Part shown: positions 45,524 to 56,793 of the stretch, one piece after another
How positions within the stretch are numbered: the first letter of the stretch is position 1
How the letters are laid out: every line of letters starts with the position of its first letter
Assembly (NCBI GenBank): GCA_034226945.1
Contig: CP120453.1
Span: 372,001-436,000, forward strand
Direction of reading: 5' to 3'
DNA from: Picochlorum sp. SENEW3
Lineage: Eukaryota
DNA: 64,000 nucleotides
Position numbers and translations under genes: made by a program
The notes under the pieces: model-generated
The model's database searches: none
Told to the model about the DNA's origin: nothing
What the model saw: the letters and a program-made list of their open reading frames with translations, nothing else

Positions 45524-45756
45524 CCTGGTACGAATTTTAAAAGATACCCATTGCTAATGATGGCATGCAATCAAACCAGAACATCTAAGTCTGAATCATG
45601 TTTGAGGACATCATATAATGCACTGAAGCAATGCTTGTTGTTTTTTTGTTTCTGAACATACATGCGATCCTTCATTGTGACCATGATATGTGTCATGCAG
45701 GCTGTTCTGGTGGAACGATGTAATTTTGCTCATTTTAATGTAGAACTGCAATGGAA

Positions 45757-47357
45757 TCAAGTGTGGTGGACAATCTTCTTCCGTTTCCCTGCACTGATTG
45801 CCTCGTGCAGAAAGCCCTCCTCATCAGAAGACTCCTCATCAACAGATACTTCTGCGATTTCAAGCTGCGGCCAAGACATAAATGGATCTTCCGTGGTCAC
45901 GTTCTCCGACTTGCCAATCAAACAGGAGTCCAAGGCCTTGGAGATCTGTTCCCTGTTCATGCTGATGCCAATGAATACAATTTCTTGCCTTCTGTCACCA
46001 AACTCCCCTTCCATGTCTTTCTTTACATCTTCGGGGTCTACACCATCCCATAAATCCTGTGGTATTGCTGCAAACCATGGCGCGCCGGGCGAAATCCGGA
46101 GAATGGAACCAGACAAACTCAATTCCCCATGAAAATCATTCCGACCATGAAGCCAAATGAACCCTTTGCTCCTCAGAATCTGGCCAAACTTGGTGTGCAT
46201 AAAACTCTGCTTTTTTTGGGATTGAACGTCAGAGACCGCGACAGTCTGTATTTCAACGCCAGATTCATCATCATCATCATCATCCTGTCCTGAAGGAACC
46301 ACTTGTTGCAGAGTCCAAAACTCATTGAAGAAGTCCCACAGTCTCATGGGATGAAATGGTGCACGAGCTCGGTATATAAAGCTTGAAATCCCATATTCTT
46401 CAGTCTCTGGTGTATGGCCTTGTGTCAGGCTCTGCAGCCAGCCAGCGCTTTGACGAGCGACATCCATGTCAAATGAACGAGTGTTGATGATGTTGCTCAA
46501 TTCCACCTTTGATTCCACACAACTCAAAACACGAGCACCAGGGTTCAATGCTTGAAGGAAAGAATGTAGTTGTGATCGAATGTCTTCGGCGACAAGATCA
46601 GTCTTGTTCAGAAGGATGACATTTGCAAACTCAATCTGATCCAGCAACAGATCAGCAACATTCCTCTCACCTCCAGCAACCTCTCGACCCTCCTGCTCCG
46701 ATAAATTCTTGATGGAGGATAAGTTGGAATGAAAATTCGAAGAGTCTACAACAGTTACCATCGTGTCAATGTATGAGACATCACTCAGAGTTGCTATACC
46801 ACCGTCAGTGTCGGGGACACTGAGCTCAAAGGTCTCAGCAACCTGTTGAGGTTCCCCAATCCCTGTGCTTTCGACAATTATGTAATCAAATTGTCCACTC
46901 AGGGCCAGTTTCTTTACTTCGATGAGTAAATCTTCTCTCAGAGTGCAGCAGATGCACCCATTTTGCATTTCGACCAATTTTTCCTCGGTTTGCACAAGGG
47001 ATCCACTCTTCACAAGAGATGCATCAATGTTCAGCTCAGCCATGTCATTTACGATGACAGCAGTCCGCATGGTGTGTGTCTTCGTCTCCAAGATGTGTTT
47101 GAGAAGAGTCTGCAGAAATATCAGAAATGGCGTTCATCCAAGCCCAACAGAGAAGTCGACGTCTCCCTTGGAAAAGAAAGAAAAAAAGGGCGCACTTTTG
47201 CGCGCAGCAAGGCCGCCGTCCCCAAAATTTCGATTTCACGACTCTCAAGGGAAAAACACAAAGCAGGCCAACATACCGTTTTTCCACTCCCTAAAAATCC
47301 GGATAGGATGGTCACCGGAAGCTTTGGAGCACTGTGCGAGGTTCTTCGGGTACGCAT
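45757..47357 (-). CDS. COG0523/CobW-family G3E GTPase (putative Zn metallochaperone); exons 47357-47277 and 47109-45757
   Basis: PVTILSGFLGSGKT, NGCICC, ESTG, NKTD, PFHP, LRSKGFIW, GDRRQEIVFIG. Confidence 0.93.
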
Positions 47358-47598
47358 ACTGTCCACGGTTTTCACAGACAAAGTCCACTTTCAGGGGTAA
47401 TTCGCGATTAGACAGGCGATTGTAGATATAATACCATTCAATAGAATAGTTAGAATAGAATTACAAATATCTCATATGTTGGTCTGGATTTCACGCTTGG
47501 CTGCTTGGATCGATCCTGGATTTTTCCTGGGCCAGGGGCCCTTAATCGGGCTAGCTGGCATGCATGATCATCATTTCAGATACATCCATTCGTCTGTA

Positions 47599-48471
47599 TC
47601 ATGAAAGTGTATGAGTATAAGCCTTCCATGCTCGCCGAAATTGTGATAATGTGGCTTCGCATGGATTGGTGAGCCACAAGGCAACTTCACTTGCCTGTAG
47701 AAACATTGGTGTCCGGGTGCTGCGTGCAGCCCTTGCACAAATCCCATGATCTTGCGGTGTCTCAATCAGACGGAGCCACGTGTGTTCATTCATTGTTCTC
47801 ACATAATTGTGTATGCAGACACGTTTTGTCTCGTAAGGCAGAAGCATTGCTGGGTAGTGAGAGGCAAGAAAGGCAAATCTGGTTTTTCCATCGCCAGAAG
47901 AATGCTTCAAAGCAACACGCCCAAATACTTTAATCAGTATCGGTTCCCACAAAGAATCGTCAAATGCAACACGCTTCCAATGCGTGCAAACCAAAGCGCA
48001 TTGCACAAGGCTCTTGGGATCAAGACCCTTGAAAATAAGACCAAGCAATTCATCTGGAATGAATCGCAGCTCTGCCTTCCTGTGATTGTTGTTCTTCTTA
48101 ATCCTTCGAGAAGCAAGTATAGAACGGCTCCTGTACATGGAAAAGATTGCTGCCCTTTTTTTCTTGGAAAACAGCTTCTGCCGATTCATGGCTTTGACCA
48201 TATGCCCCAGCAGTATCCGATCTCTATCCCAATCGGCTTTCTCTATTGCTAGATTCACGTCGTCTTCCACTCGATACCTTAAACTCTTTGGCACAGATTT
48301 CCAAAAGGCGTCATGTGACAAGATGGCCGTCAATTCTTGCACTGCTTGTGAGAACCACATGTGCTGCCACTTGGGATGGGAAGACCGCAACAATCCCGCT
48401 ATATCCAGCACCGTGTATGCTCTATCAATCCTATCGCTCAACTCTTCCTCATCACTACTGCTGCTGCTCAT
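47599..48471 (-). CDS. F-box protein (resembles the plant At5g52880-type family); in-frame starts also at 48477 and 48525
   Basis: F-box motif IPDELLGLIFKGLDPKSLVQCALVCTHWKRVAFDDSLW; conserved-looking N-terminal region AVQELTAIL...PKSL. Confidence 0.8.
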   Translation of the reverse strand: MSSSSSDEEELSDRIDRAYTVLDIAGLLRSSHPKWQHMWFSQAVQELTAILSHDAFWKSVPKSLRYRVEDDVNLAIEKADWDRDRILLGHMVKAMNRQKLFSKKKRAAIFSMYRSRSILASRRIKKNNNHRKAELRFIPDELLGLIFKGLDPKSLVQCALVCTHWKRVAFDDSLWEPILIKVFGRVALKHSSGDGKTRFAFLASHYPAMLLPYETKRVCIHNYVRTMNEHTWLRLIETPQDHGICARAARSTRTPMFLQASEVALWLTNPCEATLSQFRRAWKAYTHTLS

Positions 48472-48877
48472 ATGCATGCCTCCTATTCTTCCTCCAGTGA
48501 ATGAATGTGTAGTACTGTTGCTCATGAACAACTTCTTTAAATTGAGGGTTAGCTATCGCTTTCCTGAAATCCGCTTCTTGCAAAAGCTCCAAGAAGAAGA
48601 GACAGTGAGGATATACAATGAATTTTGCGTACTCTGGCCGCTTCCAATACTGCAGATATGCCAAGAATTTTACGAAAGACTCATCCTCAAAATACTTGTT
48701 CTGACCCAACCCTGCAACCCACAACAATGCGTGAGATATGGATTGATAATATGTATACCGAGAGCATATATCGTTTAAAATCAAACAAATTGACGCACAG
48801 TTCAAGTAATCAGGACTGGCAAGGGACTGAACAAACTCTAGTTCTGCCTCAAACCTCTTCGAATCATCAATGTCCAT
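48455..48877 (-). CDS. MED31: Mediator subunit 31 (Soh1); exons 48877-48799 and 48711-48455
   Basis: RFEAELEFVQSLASPDYLN, YLQYWKRPEYAKFIVYPHCLFFLELLQ. 87-nt GT-AG intron 48712-48798. Confidence 0.95.
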   Translation of the reverse strand: MDIDDSKRFEAELEFVQSLASPDYLNCASICLILNDICSRYTYYQSISHALLWVAGLGQNKYFEDESFVKFLAYLQYWKRPEYAKFIVYPHCLFFLELLQEADFRKAIANPQFKEVVHEQQYYTFIHWRKNRRHAYEQQQ

Positions 48878-49213
48878 CTGACTAGGCAATGTTCAACTAC
48901 ATATATATTTATGAAGGATTGCGTGCATGGATCACTCTTGGCCTGTGTGAAGGGTGGCTTAAGCTGAAGCTTCAGGAAGTATCCTATTTAAGGAATTGCC
49001 CCATTCCAGGCAATTCAGATGCACCTCTTGCAGGGGTTGTGGGCGTATCAAATAGGGTATTAATGTGCCTCAAAAATATATTGAATCAATGCATGATCAC
49101 TGTAGTGGTGTGAATGGAATTCCTTCCGTAGCAAGATGCAGTAGGGTTTGATTTCAAACCAGATACTCCAAGGAGTACTTGTTTCTAAGGATTGGGTCCC
49201 TGGCAGTATCAAA

Positions 49214-50344
49214 ATGGATCTTTTAGAGAGTCTTCGAAGCGAAGAAGGTCGCGTGGAACGCATGCACGGGTCTTCTCTACAAGGGTCATCATCGTCGCGG
49301 TCTTTACATAGGTCCAAGTCCCAGAGGTTGTGTGATGATAGGTCAGTCATTGTCGTCAGTCATGTGTTCTTGTACTTCATCTGTGCGTATGATGTAAGGT
49401 GTTATTTTCATATCTGGTCTGTGGTGTGCAGAAAAATGCATAGGTTCACAGTTCAGCATCTGAACAAAAAGAAGTTGTCGGCATACTATCATGATCTGTA
49501 TCACACTTTGTTGAATGTACCAGCGTATCGGTTTCTATTCTTGTTTATTTCTTGTTATCTCGTCATGTATACCGTCTTTGCGTGCTTTTACATGATGCAG
49601 CCGAAGCACTGTGTGTCTAATGTGCAAAATTTTAGCCATGCCCTCTGGTTTTCTGTCCACACTGCCGCCACCATTGGGTATGGTCATCAGAGCCCAGACC
49701 CAGATTGTTTGATGGTAAATCTGGGAATTTTGGCCGAAGTTCTGACGAGCGCGCTGATGCAAGCTGCATTGTTTGGGCTGGTGTTTGCAAGATTTGCCAC
49801 TCCGAGCAAAATAGGGTCTACAATAAAATTTTCTTCCTGCATGGTGTGTCACCAAAACGCCGATGGAAAGCATGTGCTTGCCTTTCGATTGGCTAATCTG
49901 CGCCATCATCAGTTGCTTCGTCCTCAAGTAAGCATGCTCATGGTCAGGAAGGTTTTGTTGAATGAAGAGGAAACTGAGACAGATTATGTATACCACCATC
50001 TCAAGGTAGAGACAGTCGCAGGAGAAAGCACGGTGTGGGTTGGCTTGCCATCCATTTTGATACACGTGGTTGACGAATCATCCGCATTCCAAAAGATGGC
50101 ACACAACCTTGTGGAATTGGAGGACTCTGAAGTAGAATTTGTTATTTTGTTGGATGGCATTGATGAAATGACATCCACAGCCATGCAGGCCAGACATTCC
50201 TACTCTCCCGAAGATATTCGATGGAATCACAGATTTGTAGGTATTTTGAATAGAGGAGTCCATGGAGCGCTCCAGGTGAACTATGCTCAGTTTGATGCCA
50301 CAGTGCCTTGTGAACCTTTTTCTCATCACGTCTCACTTGCATAA
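49214..50344 (+). CDS. Inward-rectifier K+ channel (Kir); probable intron 49342-49431
   Basis: DLYHTLL, ALWFSVHTAATIGYG filter, FARFA, IHVVDESS, ARHSY, WNHRF. Confidence 0.9.
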   Translation: MDLLESLRSEEGRVERMHGSSLQGSSSSRSLHRSKSQRLCDDRSVIVVSHVFLYFICAYDVRCYFHIWSVVCRKMHRFTVQHLNKKKLSAYYHDLYHTLLNVPAYRFLFLFISCYLVMYTVFACFYMMQPKHCVSNVQNFSHALWFSVHTAATIGYGHQSPDPDCLMVNLGILAEVLTSALMQAALFGLVFARFATPSKIGSTIKFSSCMVCHQNADGKHVLAFRLANLRHHQLLRPQVSMLMVRKVLLNEEETETDYVYHHLKVETVAGESTVWVGLPSILIHVVDESSAFQKMAHNLVELEDSEVEFVILLDGIDEMTSTAMQARHSYSPEDIRWNHRFVGILNRGVHGALQVNYAQFDATVPCEPFSHHVSLA

Positions 50345-50748
50345 CCGATGAAACATTTCTCTAAAAGCATTTCGTAGTTGACCCAAGCATGATATTTTTT
50401 GAATAATGCTGTGCAATCCTTTCCCAGGGCTGATTTCAAGACTTTGGCCCCTCCAGGGTGATACCGCAAATATGGGCTGAGATTATACACCTTGCCATCC
50501 AATACTACCCAACCATCTTCCTCTGTGTTATGACCCATGACTTCCACCATCGATATGTCTGATCTGTCCAGCTCGGCCCCTGAAACACCTGCCATGTCCT
50601 CCCTTGACGTTCGCTTGCTCTTCATCAACCAGTCCATCTGACTGAAACCCTTCTCGAATGGAACTCTCCCAGGCCTTGGAATCTGTTCATTTTCTACTGC
50701 AATAAAAGCTTTTCTTGTCACATGATCACTACTTTCACTGCTGCTCAT
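50326..50748 (-). CDS. Cytochrome b5-like heme-binding domain protein
   Basis: GFSQMDW, HN...WVVLDGKVYNLSPYLRYHPGG, GKDCT, YHAWVN. Confidence 0.88.
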   Translation of the reverse strand: MSSSESSDHVTRKAFIAVENEQIPRPGRVPFEKGFSQMDWLMKSKRTSREDMAGVSGAELDRSDISMVEVMGHNTEEDGWVVLDGKVYNLSPYLRYHPGGAKVLKSALGKDCTALFKKYHAWVNYEMLLEKCFIGYASET

Positions 50749-50849
50749 GTCTGTCACTGTCGACTTTTCTACCAAAGGATTACAGTTCATTCTCGCTCTC
50801 CGCTCCCTATTTTTCAATTCAACTACATGAATTACAAGTGAGTAAGTAT

Positions 50850-52452
50850 TTACCAAGATTTTTTTTCATACGAGTGCATGTCGTGGACCCCTCCTTCTAC
50901 CTGAGCCGCTCCAGTGCGGGCCTCGAGTCTTTGGGTGCCGCTGTGGAGGGCCCTGTGAGCATCTGCCAAGGATTTGGCGCCCAAATCCTGCAGACCTTGC
51001 TTGACCGCCTGTATCATGAAGGGAACATTCTTCTTGATAGATCCTTTGTCTTTCACTGTTCCGCTAACTCCCTGCGCAATCTTGAGATTCTGGGTGTCAC
51101 CATAGTACCGGGACTCGCTGCCCTTGGTCATGGCTTCCAGAGAGCCCATGCCTCTGTATTTCTTCACTCGTACGCCGTTCACGGTGACGTAATTTCCAGG
51201 AGCCTCCTCAGTTCCCGCAAACAAAGATCCACACATTACAGCGGAAGCTCCCAAGGCCAATGCTTTGACGATGTGCCCAGAGTTTTGGATGCCTCCATCT
51301 GCAATGATGGGCACTCCAAGGCTGAGACCGAGGCGTGCCGTCTGATACACGGCCGTCGCCTGTCCTCGTCCAACAGCGCATACTTCCTGGGTTGTGCAAA
51401 TCGATCCGGATCCCATTCCTACTCGGAGACCATCGGCGCCAGCTTCTACGAGCCTCAGCATCTGCTGAGAGGTCACAACATTGCCACAAATAACATCCAG
51501 GCCAGGATGCTCCCTCTTGATATGTTGCACCATCTCAATTTGGAACGTCGAGTCCCCCTGCGAAGAATCCAAAACAACAACATCTACGTGCCCCTCCTCT
51601 CGGAGGGCTCTCACTCGGTCTTTATCCTGAGGTCTCGTCCCCACAGCTGCCCCGACCAGCAGCCGCCCATCTGGAGCCACAGATGGCGGCCCAGTCTGGG
51701 GTCCAAACCTCCCGGACTTGAACATGGCTCGAGTCGCCAGTCCGAGCAATTTCTTCTCTGAATCTACGACCGGAATTTTCCCGAACTTGTGCTTCTTCAG
51801 AGCCTCAAGAGCAATGGCCTTCATGTCAGCCCCTGGCGCAGACTCAACAGTCACCAGGTCTGTGGTCATGATCTCATCCAGCCTCGTCATGCCATCATTG
51901 ATGAAATCGTAGTCCCTCGTGCACACAATACCCAGTAGCTTGCCCCCCAAAGCTCCCGTATCAGTCACGCAAACACTTCCATACCCCTTTTGCTCCCTCA
52001 GATCGATGACATCCATCACTGTGCTGTCCCTCTTCATAACAGCAGGTTCGACAACAAAACCAGGCGTATGATTCTTCGCCCTCTTCACGTGACCCACCTG
52101 CTCTTCCACAGTGTTGTTATAATGAACAAAACCCATCCCACCGACCTCCGCCATGGCCACAGCCATCCCAGCTTCAGTCACCGTGTCCATGGGGCTCGAC
52201 ACAAGAGGAGTCCTCAAACTAATATTCCTCGTCACATTAGAGGTCAAATCAACCTCATGTGCCCCAAAATAAATATGACCAGGCATGAAAATGACATCAT
52301 CGTACGTATATGACGTACCCTGGTTGAACATCTTCGATGCTGGATACCCTGCATGCCATGGAATGGGTCAGTCACCGTTAACCAGCCTCACGCGGGCTTG
52401 AAATCGTACCATCGAGGATGGATTCATCAAATGTGAACTGATGCTGGGCCAT
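50850..52452 (-). CDS. IMPDH: Inosine-5'-monophosphate dehydrogenase; exons 52452-52410 and 52348-50850
   Basis: [50 protein letters not shown]. Confidence 0.97.
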
Positions 52453-52695
52453 TGTGCTATAGAAAAGCAAGAATAGGAATACGTGTTGGCGTCGGTGAAC
52501 CACACACGTATGTATGTAATCCCTTTCCCTTCAGACTCTAGGGCTTGACCGGGCATGGACTCATATGAGTCCGATTGACTCACGGGCGGAGTGAGTCCCT
52601 AGGAAAATCGCACTCACGCCTACAGAAGGCCTTTTCGAATACATTGTATTTCTTCAGTGAATCCGAATTATCACTACAATACCTTTGAGGATACA

Positions 52696-54290
52696 ATGGC
52701 TGACTTTTATGCTCCCTGTGTGGACGAGACAACTGGTCTCTACAAGTACTTTCACGCTGGCTCTTGGACTACGAGTTCATCTGGAAAGGGAGTGAAAATA
52801 TTAAACCCATCTACAAATGAGGCTGCATACCAGGTCCAAGGTAAGTGACTGTGAGCGTGGTCAACGAGGTCCCGTCAACTACCCCTGTATCAGCACGGCA
52901 ATATTGGTAGGGTATCTTTCTAACTGATAATTGATGTGATGCAGCATGCTCGCAACAAGAGGTCGATGAAGTCTTTGCGACTGCCAAGACAGCTCAAAAG
53001 GCTTGGGCCAAGACTCCATTGTGGAAGAGGGCAGAGTATTTGCACAAGGTTGCTGCGGTGATGAGGGAGAATGCTCAGCCAATTGCAGATGTGTTGGTGA
53101 AGGAGGTGGCCAAGCCAGCAAAGGATGCGTTGACAGAGGTTATTCGATCTGCTGACTTGCTCTCTTACACCGCGGAGCAGGGGTCCAGATTCTTTGGAGA
53201 GGGACAGGTGCTGTCATCCGACTCATTCCCGGGTCAGGACAGGACCAAGTTGGCCATGACGGCTCGAGTCCCATTGGGAGTTGTGTTGGCAATTCCACCT
53301 TTCAACTATCCAGTAAATTTGGCTGTGTCCAAAATTGGTCCAGCATTGATGGCAGGAAACACAGTCGTGATGAAGCCACCAACCCAGGGAAGTGTGTCTG
53401 GGTTGATGATGGTGAGATGCTTTGAGGCTGCTGGGCTGCCAGCAGGAGTGCTGAATGTCTGCACTGGGCGTGGATCTGAAATTGGAGATTACTTGACAAC
53501 CCACCCAGATGTGAATTGCATCTCTTTCACCGGTGGAGATACCGGAATTGACATTTGCAAAAAGGCTGGCATGGTACCAATTCAGATGGAGCTCGGAGGA
53601 AAGGATGTTGCGGTCATCTGTGATGACGCAGATATCAAGAGCGCTATCGGTCACATTGTCAAGGGTGGATTTTCTTACAGTGGACAGAGATGTACTGCCG
53701 TTAAGCTTGTGACGGTCGTTCACGAGGTTGCCGACGAGTTGGTGAGTGGTGTGGTGGAGAAGGTCCAGGCCCTCACTGTTGGTATGCCAGAAGATAACTG
53801 CAATATCACCCCAGTCATCTCAAAGTCGTCTGCTGATTTCATTGAAGGGCTTGTGAAAGATGCCGAGGCAAAGGGGGCGACTTTGAGGACCCCATGGAAG
53901 AGAGAAGGAAACCTCATCTGGCCAGTGGTGGTTGATAATGTGACTCCAGATATGCGTCTCGCCTGGGAAGAGCCATTCGGACCAGTGCTCCCAATCATTC
54001 GTGTGTCTACCCCAGAGGAAGGAGTTAAGCATGCGAACGACAATCGCCTGGCCCTTCAAGGATGCGTGTTCACCAAGGATATCAACAGAGCAATTGCTCT
54101 GAGCGATGCCCTTGAGACTGGTACAGTGCAGATCAATGCCGCCCCTGCTCGTGGGCCAGACCATTTCCCATTCCAGGGTTTCAGAGACTCTGGTATCGGT
54201 TCCCAGGGAGTTCAGAACTCCTTGGAATTGATGACAAAGGTCAAGTCTACAGTCATCAACCTGCCTTCTCCATCATTCCAGATGGGGTAA
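52696..54290 (+). CDS. GAPN: Non-phosphorylating NADP-dependent glyceraldehyde-3-phosphate dehydrogenase (ALDH11); exons 52696-52840 and 52945-54290
   Basis: IPPFNYPVNLAVSK, FTGG, MELGGKD, SYSGQRCTAVK, WEEPFGP, RGPDHFPFQG. Confidence 0.96.
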
Positions 54291-54376
54291 GTGGCAACGA
54301 AGGGCTAGGTTTTGGGATTTCATACACAATTTCATAATTTGATACAAAAGCCAACATAAAGTACATGTAATACGTG

Positions 54377-55337
54377 TCATTCCTTGTTCATGGATGCGTC
54401 GTTCAGTACAGTTTCTATGATTTGGCTTGAAATCTCATCCAAATCGCCATTCTTTGCACCATAGAGCATGTACCACGGTTTCGGCACGCGGAGGATTGCA
54501 TCAGGTACCCGAAGTAACTTAAGAGCCATCCATACACACGTAGCTGCTATAGTGGGCGGCTTGTATTGGAGGATGAGCGGAATCTTTGCACTTTGATTTG
54601 ACAAATGCATGCATAGCTGGGAGAAGTTTGCCAGTTTATCGTCCCCATCCAGCGTATTTTTCAAAAATGAGTATAAAGGTTCATCTTGAAGCATCCGGAG
54701 AAGCCATTCGGTGACTGTTTCGCTATTAAACCGGAAGCCTGTCAGATACAGAAGGGCCCGTTCAGCCTTGGTAATTTGGTTCCTTGCTGCATCCATCCAC
54801 TCCTTGTCCTTTGCTCTCTCTTCAGTCGCCCCTTTTCGCTTGTCCAAAACTGATACACCAGCTAATACTATGTCTCGCGAACTCTTTGGGCAATCTGCAA
54901 CCTTACCCCCCAAATACAGGCACCCCATGGATACCAGGAACCTGTCATTCGTCACCATGGAGTACTCAGCATAATATCTATGTAGGAACTCTAGCCCTGT
55001 AATCGTTGCAACATGATCTCTGCAACCAAAATAGACAAATTAATAACAAGATCCACGGACAATGGCACCTATCGACGTACATCTGTAATTTCAACCCAGT
55101 CCTGATAATAAGGTCTACACAGTTTCGTCTCCAGACTTCTTCCTGTTGCTCGGACACCCCATGTTTTCTACTTGGAGAATGTTCTTTTAAATATTTCGAC
55201 GATTTAAGTGGAAGACAGAATGGTTGCAGTACCGCTGGCCGAATGGTATATTCGAGTTTGGGAACCAGACCAGGTTCTGTCTCTGCGTCCTCCTTTTTCT
55301 GCTCTTCTTCAATCCTCCCTCGGTAATTCTCCTCCAT
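54377..55337 (-). CDS. Transcriptional cyclin (T/K/L group); exons 55337-55081 and 55019-54377
   Basis: SPSRKHGV, cyclin box FLHRYY...DRFLVSMGCLYLGGKV, AERALLYLTGFRF, LQYKPPTIAATC. Confidence 0.85.
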
Positions 55338-55392
55338 TTTTAAAAGATTAAAAATAACAGCATCAATCAAATGTTGAGGTTTCCAGGGATTT

Positions 55393-56455
55393 CTATTCAT
55401 CGCTGCTGCAGAGATCAATCTCGTCCTCAGATGAGGTACCTCCATGATCATCGATGATATCAATATCTTCATCGCTGTGATCACTTGTATACTTTGGTTT
55501 CTTCTTACTCCCCGCTCCCCTTGCAGATTGCCGACGCCCTCTTTGGTTTGGAGCATCAGTTGTCGTTCGTTGTGAAGGAATGGGATCAGTATTCCTGTTC
55601 CTCCTTTTTCTGCCAACACTGGTCTTGCTGTGCTGTGTTGGCAGGTCATCGCCTTCAGATCCATCAGATATCTCGTGTTCTAGGTTACGACTATGATGCA
55701 TTTCATCTGGCTTGAAATCATGAATACTACGTTCAACCAAGCTCGCCGGTAGCTTTTGGTACAAGAGAGTCTCATCCTTGGCGTGTGAAGAACTCTCCTT
55801 GGGAATCCAGGTGACTTCCGAGAACAAAACCACGCTCTCAAACACATCTTCACACACAATGTCTTTTGATCCCAGCTTCAAAGACAGGTATTTGTTCTTT
55901 GGAAAGAGAATAGTGCCATGGAACTTGATCGTCCCCTCTTGGAACTCCATGTGCAGACTGGGGCACTTTGTATCAAGGTCTTTCAGCACCCCCAATTTGC
56001 CGCCCTTCATTGGACGAATCTTGTCGCCGAATAGACATAACACTCGGCCCTTCCTGACCGTCCCTTTCTTTATAATATCCTTTTCATTTGCCTGAGCCAG
56101 CCCTGCACAGTACACACAACAGTGTCACCACAGATTGTCGTTTGCTTGGAAAGTAACAATTGTTCAAACAGCAACTCACGCTTTGATACTCCTGGCGATG
56201 AGGTAGACATCCATCGCGTGCTCGATACCATCTGCACACACAACTCAACAAGAACTTGTTCGGAGGAGGAAAACGGGAGTTCACAGAATACAAAGCACGA
56301 CGCACTCCACATCTCCATCCAGCTTCCTGCAAACGTTCCTTCTCGTCATCGACATCGTCGACGCCGTCATTTGTTGGCGCTTTATCCTTGGAAACCTTTG
56401 AGACTTCCGTACCAGAATTTTTGAATTTTTTACTCAGCTCTAACGCACGTGACAT
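55393..56455 (-). CDS. RHL1: RHL1-like DNA-binding protein (topoisomerase VI accessory factor); exons ~56455-56306, 56231-56180 and 56102-55393
   Basis: DIIKK...RK, GGKLGVLKDLDTKCPSLHMEF, GTILFPKNKYLSL, CEDVFESVVLFSEVTWI align with my recollection of plant RHL1. Confidence 0.8.
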
Positions 56456-56793
56456 ACTTCGTATCTAGACACATCGATTCACATATATTCGAATATCATA
56501 AAATGATCCAGATATTGTACACGTTTCCATTTGCAATCAAAAAAAAATTCAGATATATTTTTAATGCATCGTATTAAGGAGAGACAGCGGTCCGGACGGC
56601 AAGTCAAAATTTGCTGATCCTGTCATTTCTGCATTATACTATATCCCTTTAATTGTTTTCAAGACAGTTATTGGGATCATATTTCGTGAAAGTGATTGAT
56701 ACTTGAGAAGCAACTCCCTCCAGAACTCTCGGAGGATCGTGACGAAAACGCGTTTGGCCGGTGTTCGTATCGCTACACAGCAAGCGTCAAGGG

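Noticed and set aside
50749..50849. IMPDH-cytochrome b5 as a bicistronic pair (also YbaK-EF-Ts and WDR12-FtsH)
   Set aside because: Each short gap contains TGTAA on the coding strand, so independent polyadenylation is plausible
8275..55337. CDC73, PAF1, MED31 and a transcriptional cyclin in one window as a transcription-machinery cluster
   Set aside because: They are spread over ~47 kb among dozens of unrelated genes, which is expected by chance in a compact genome
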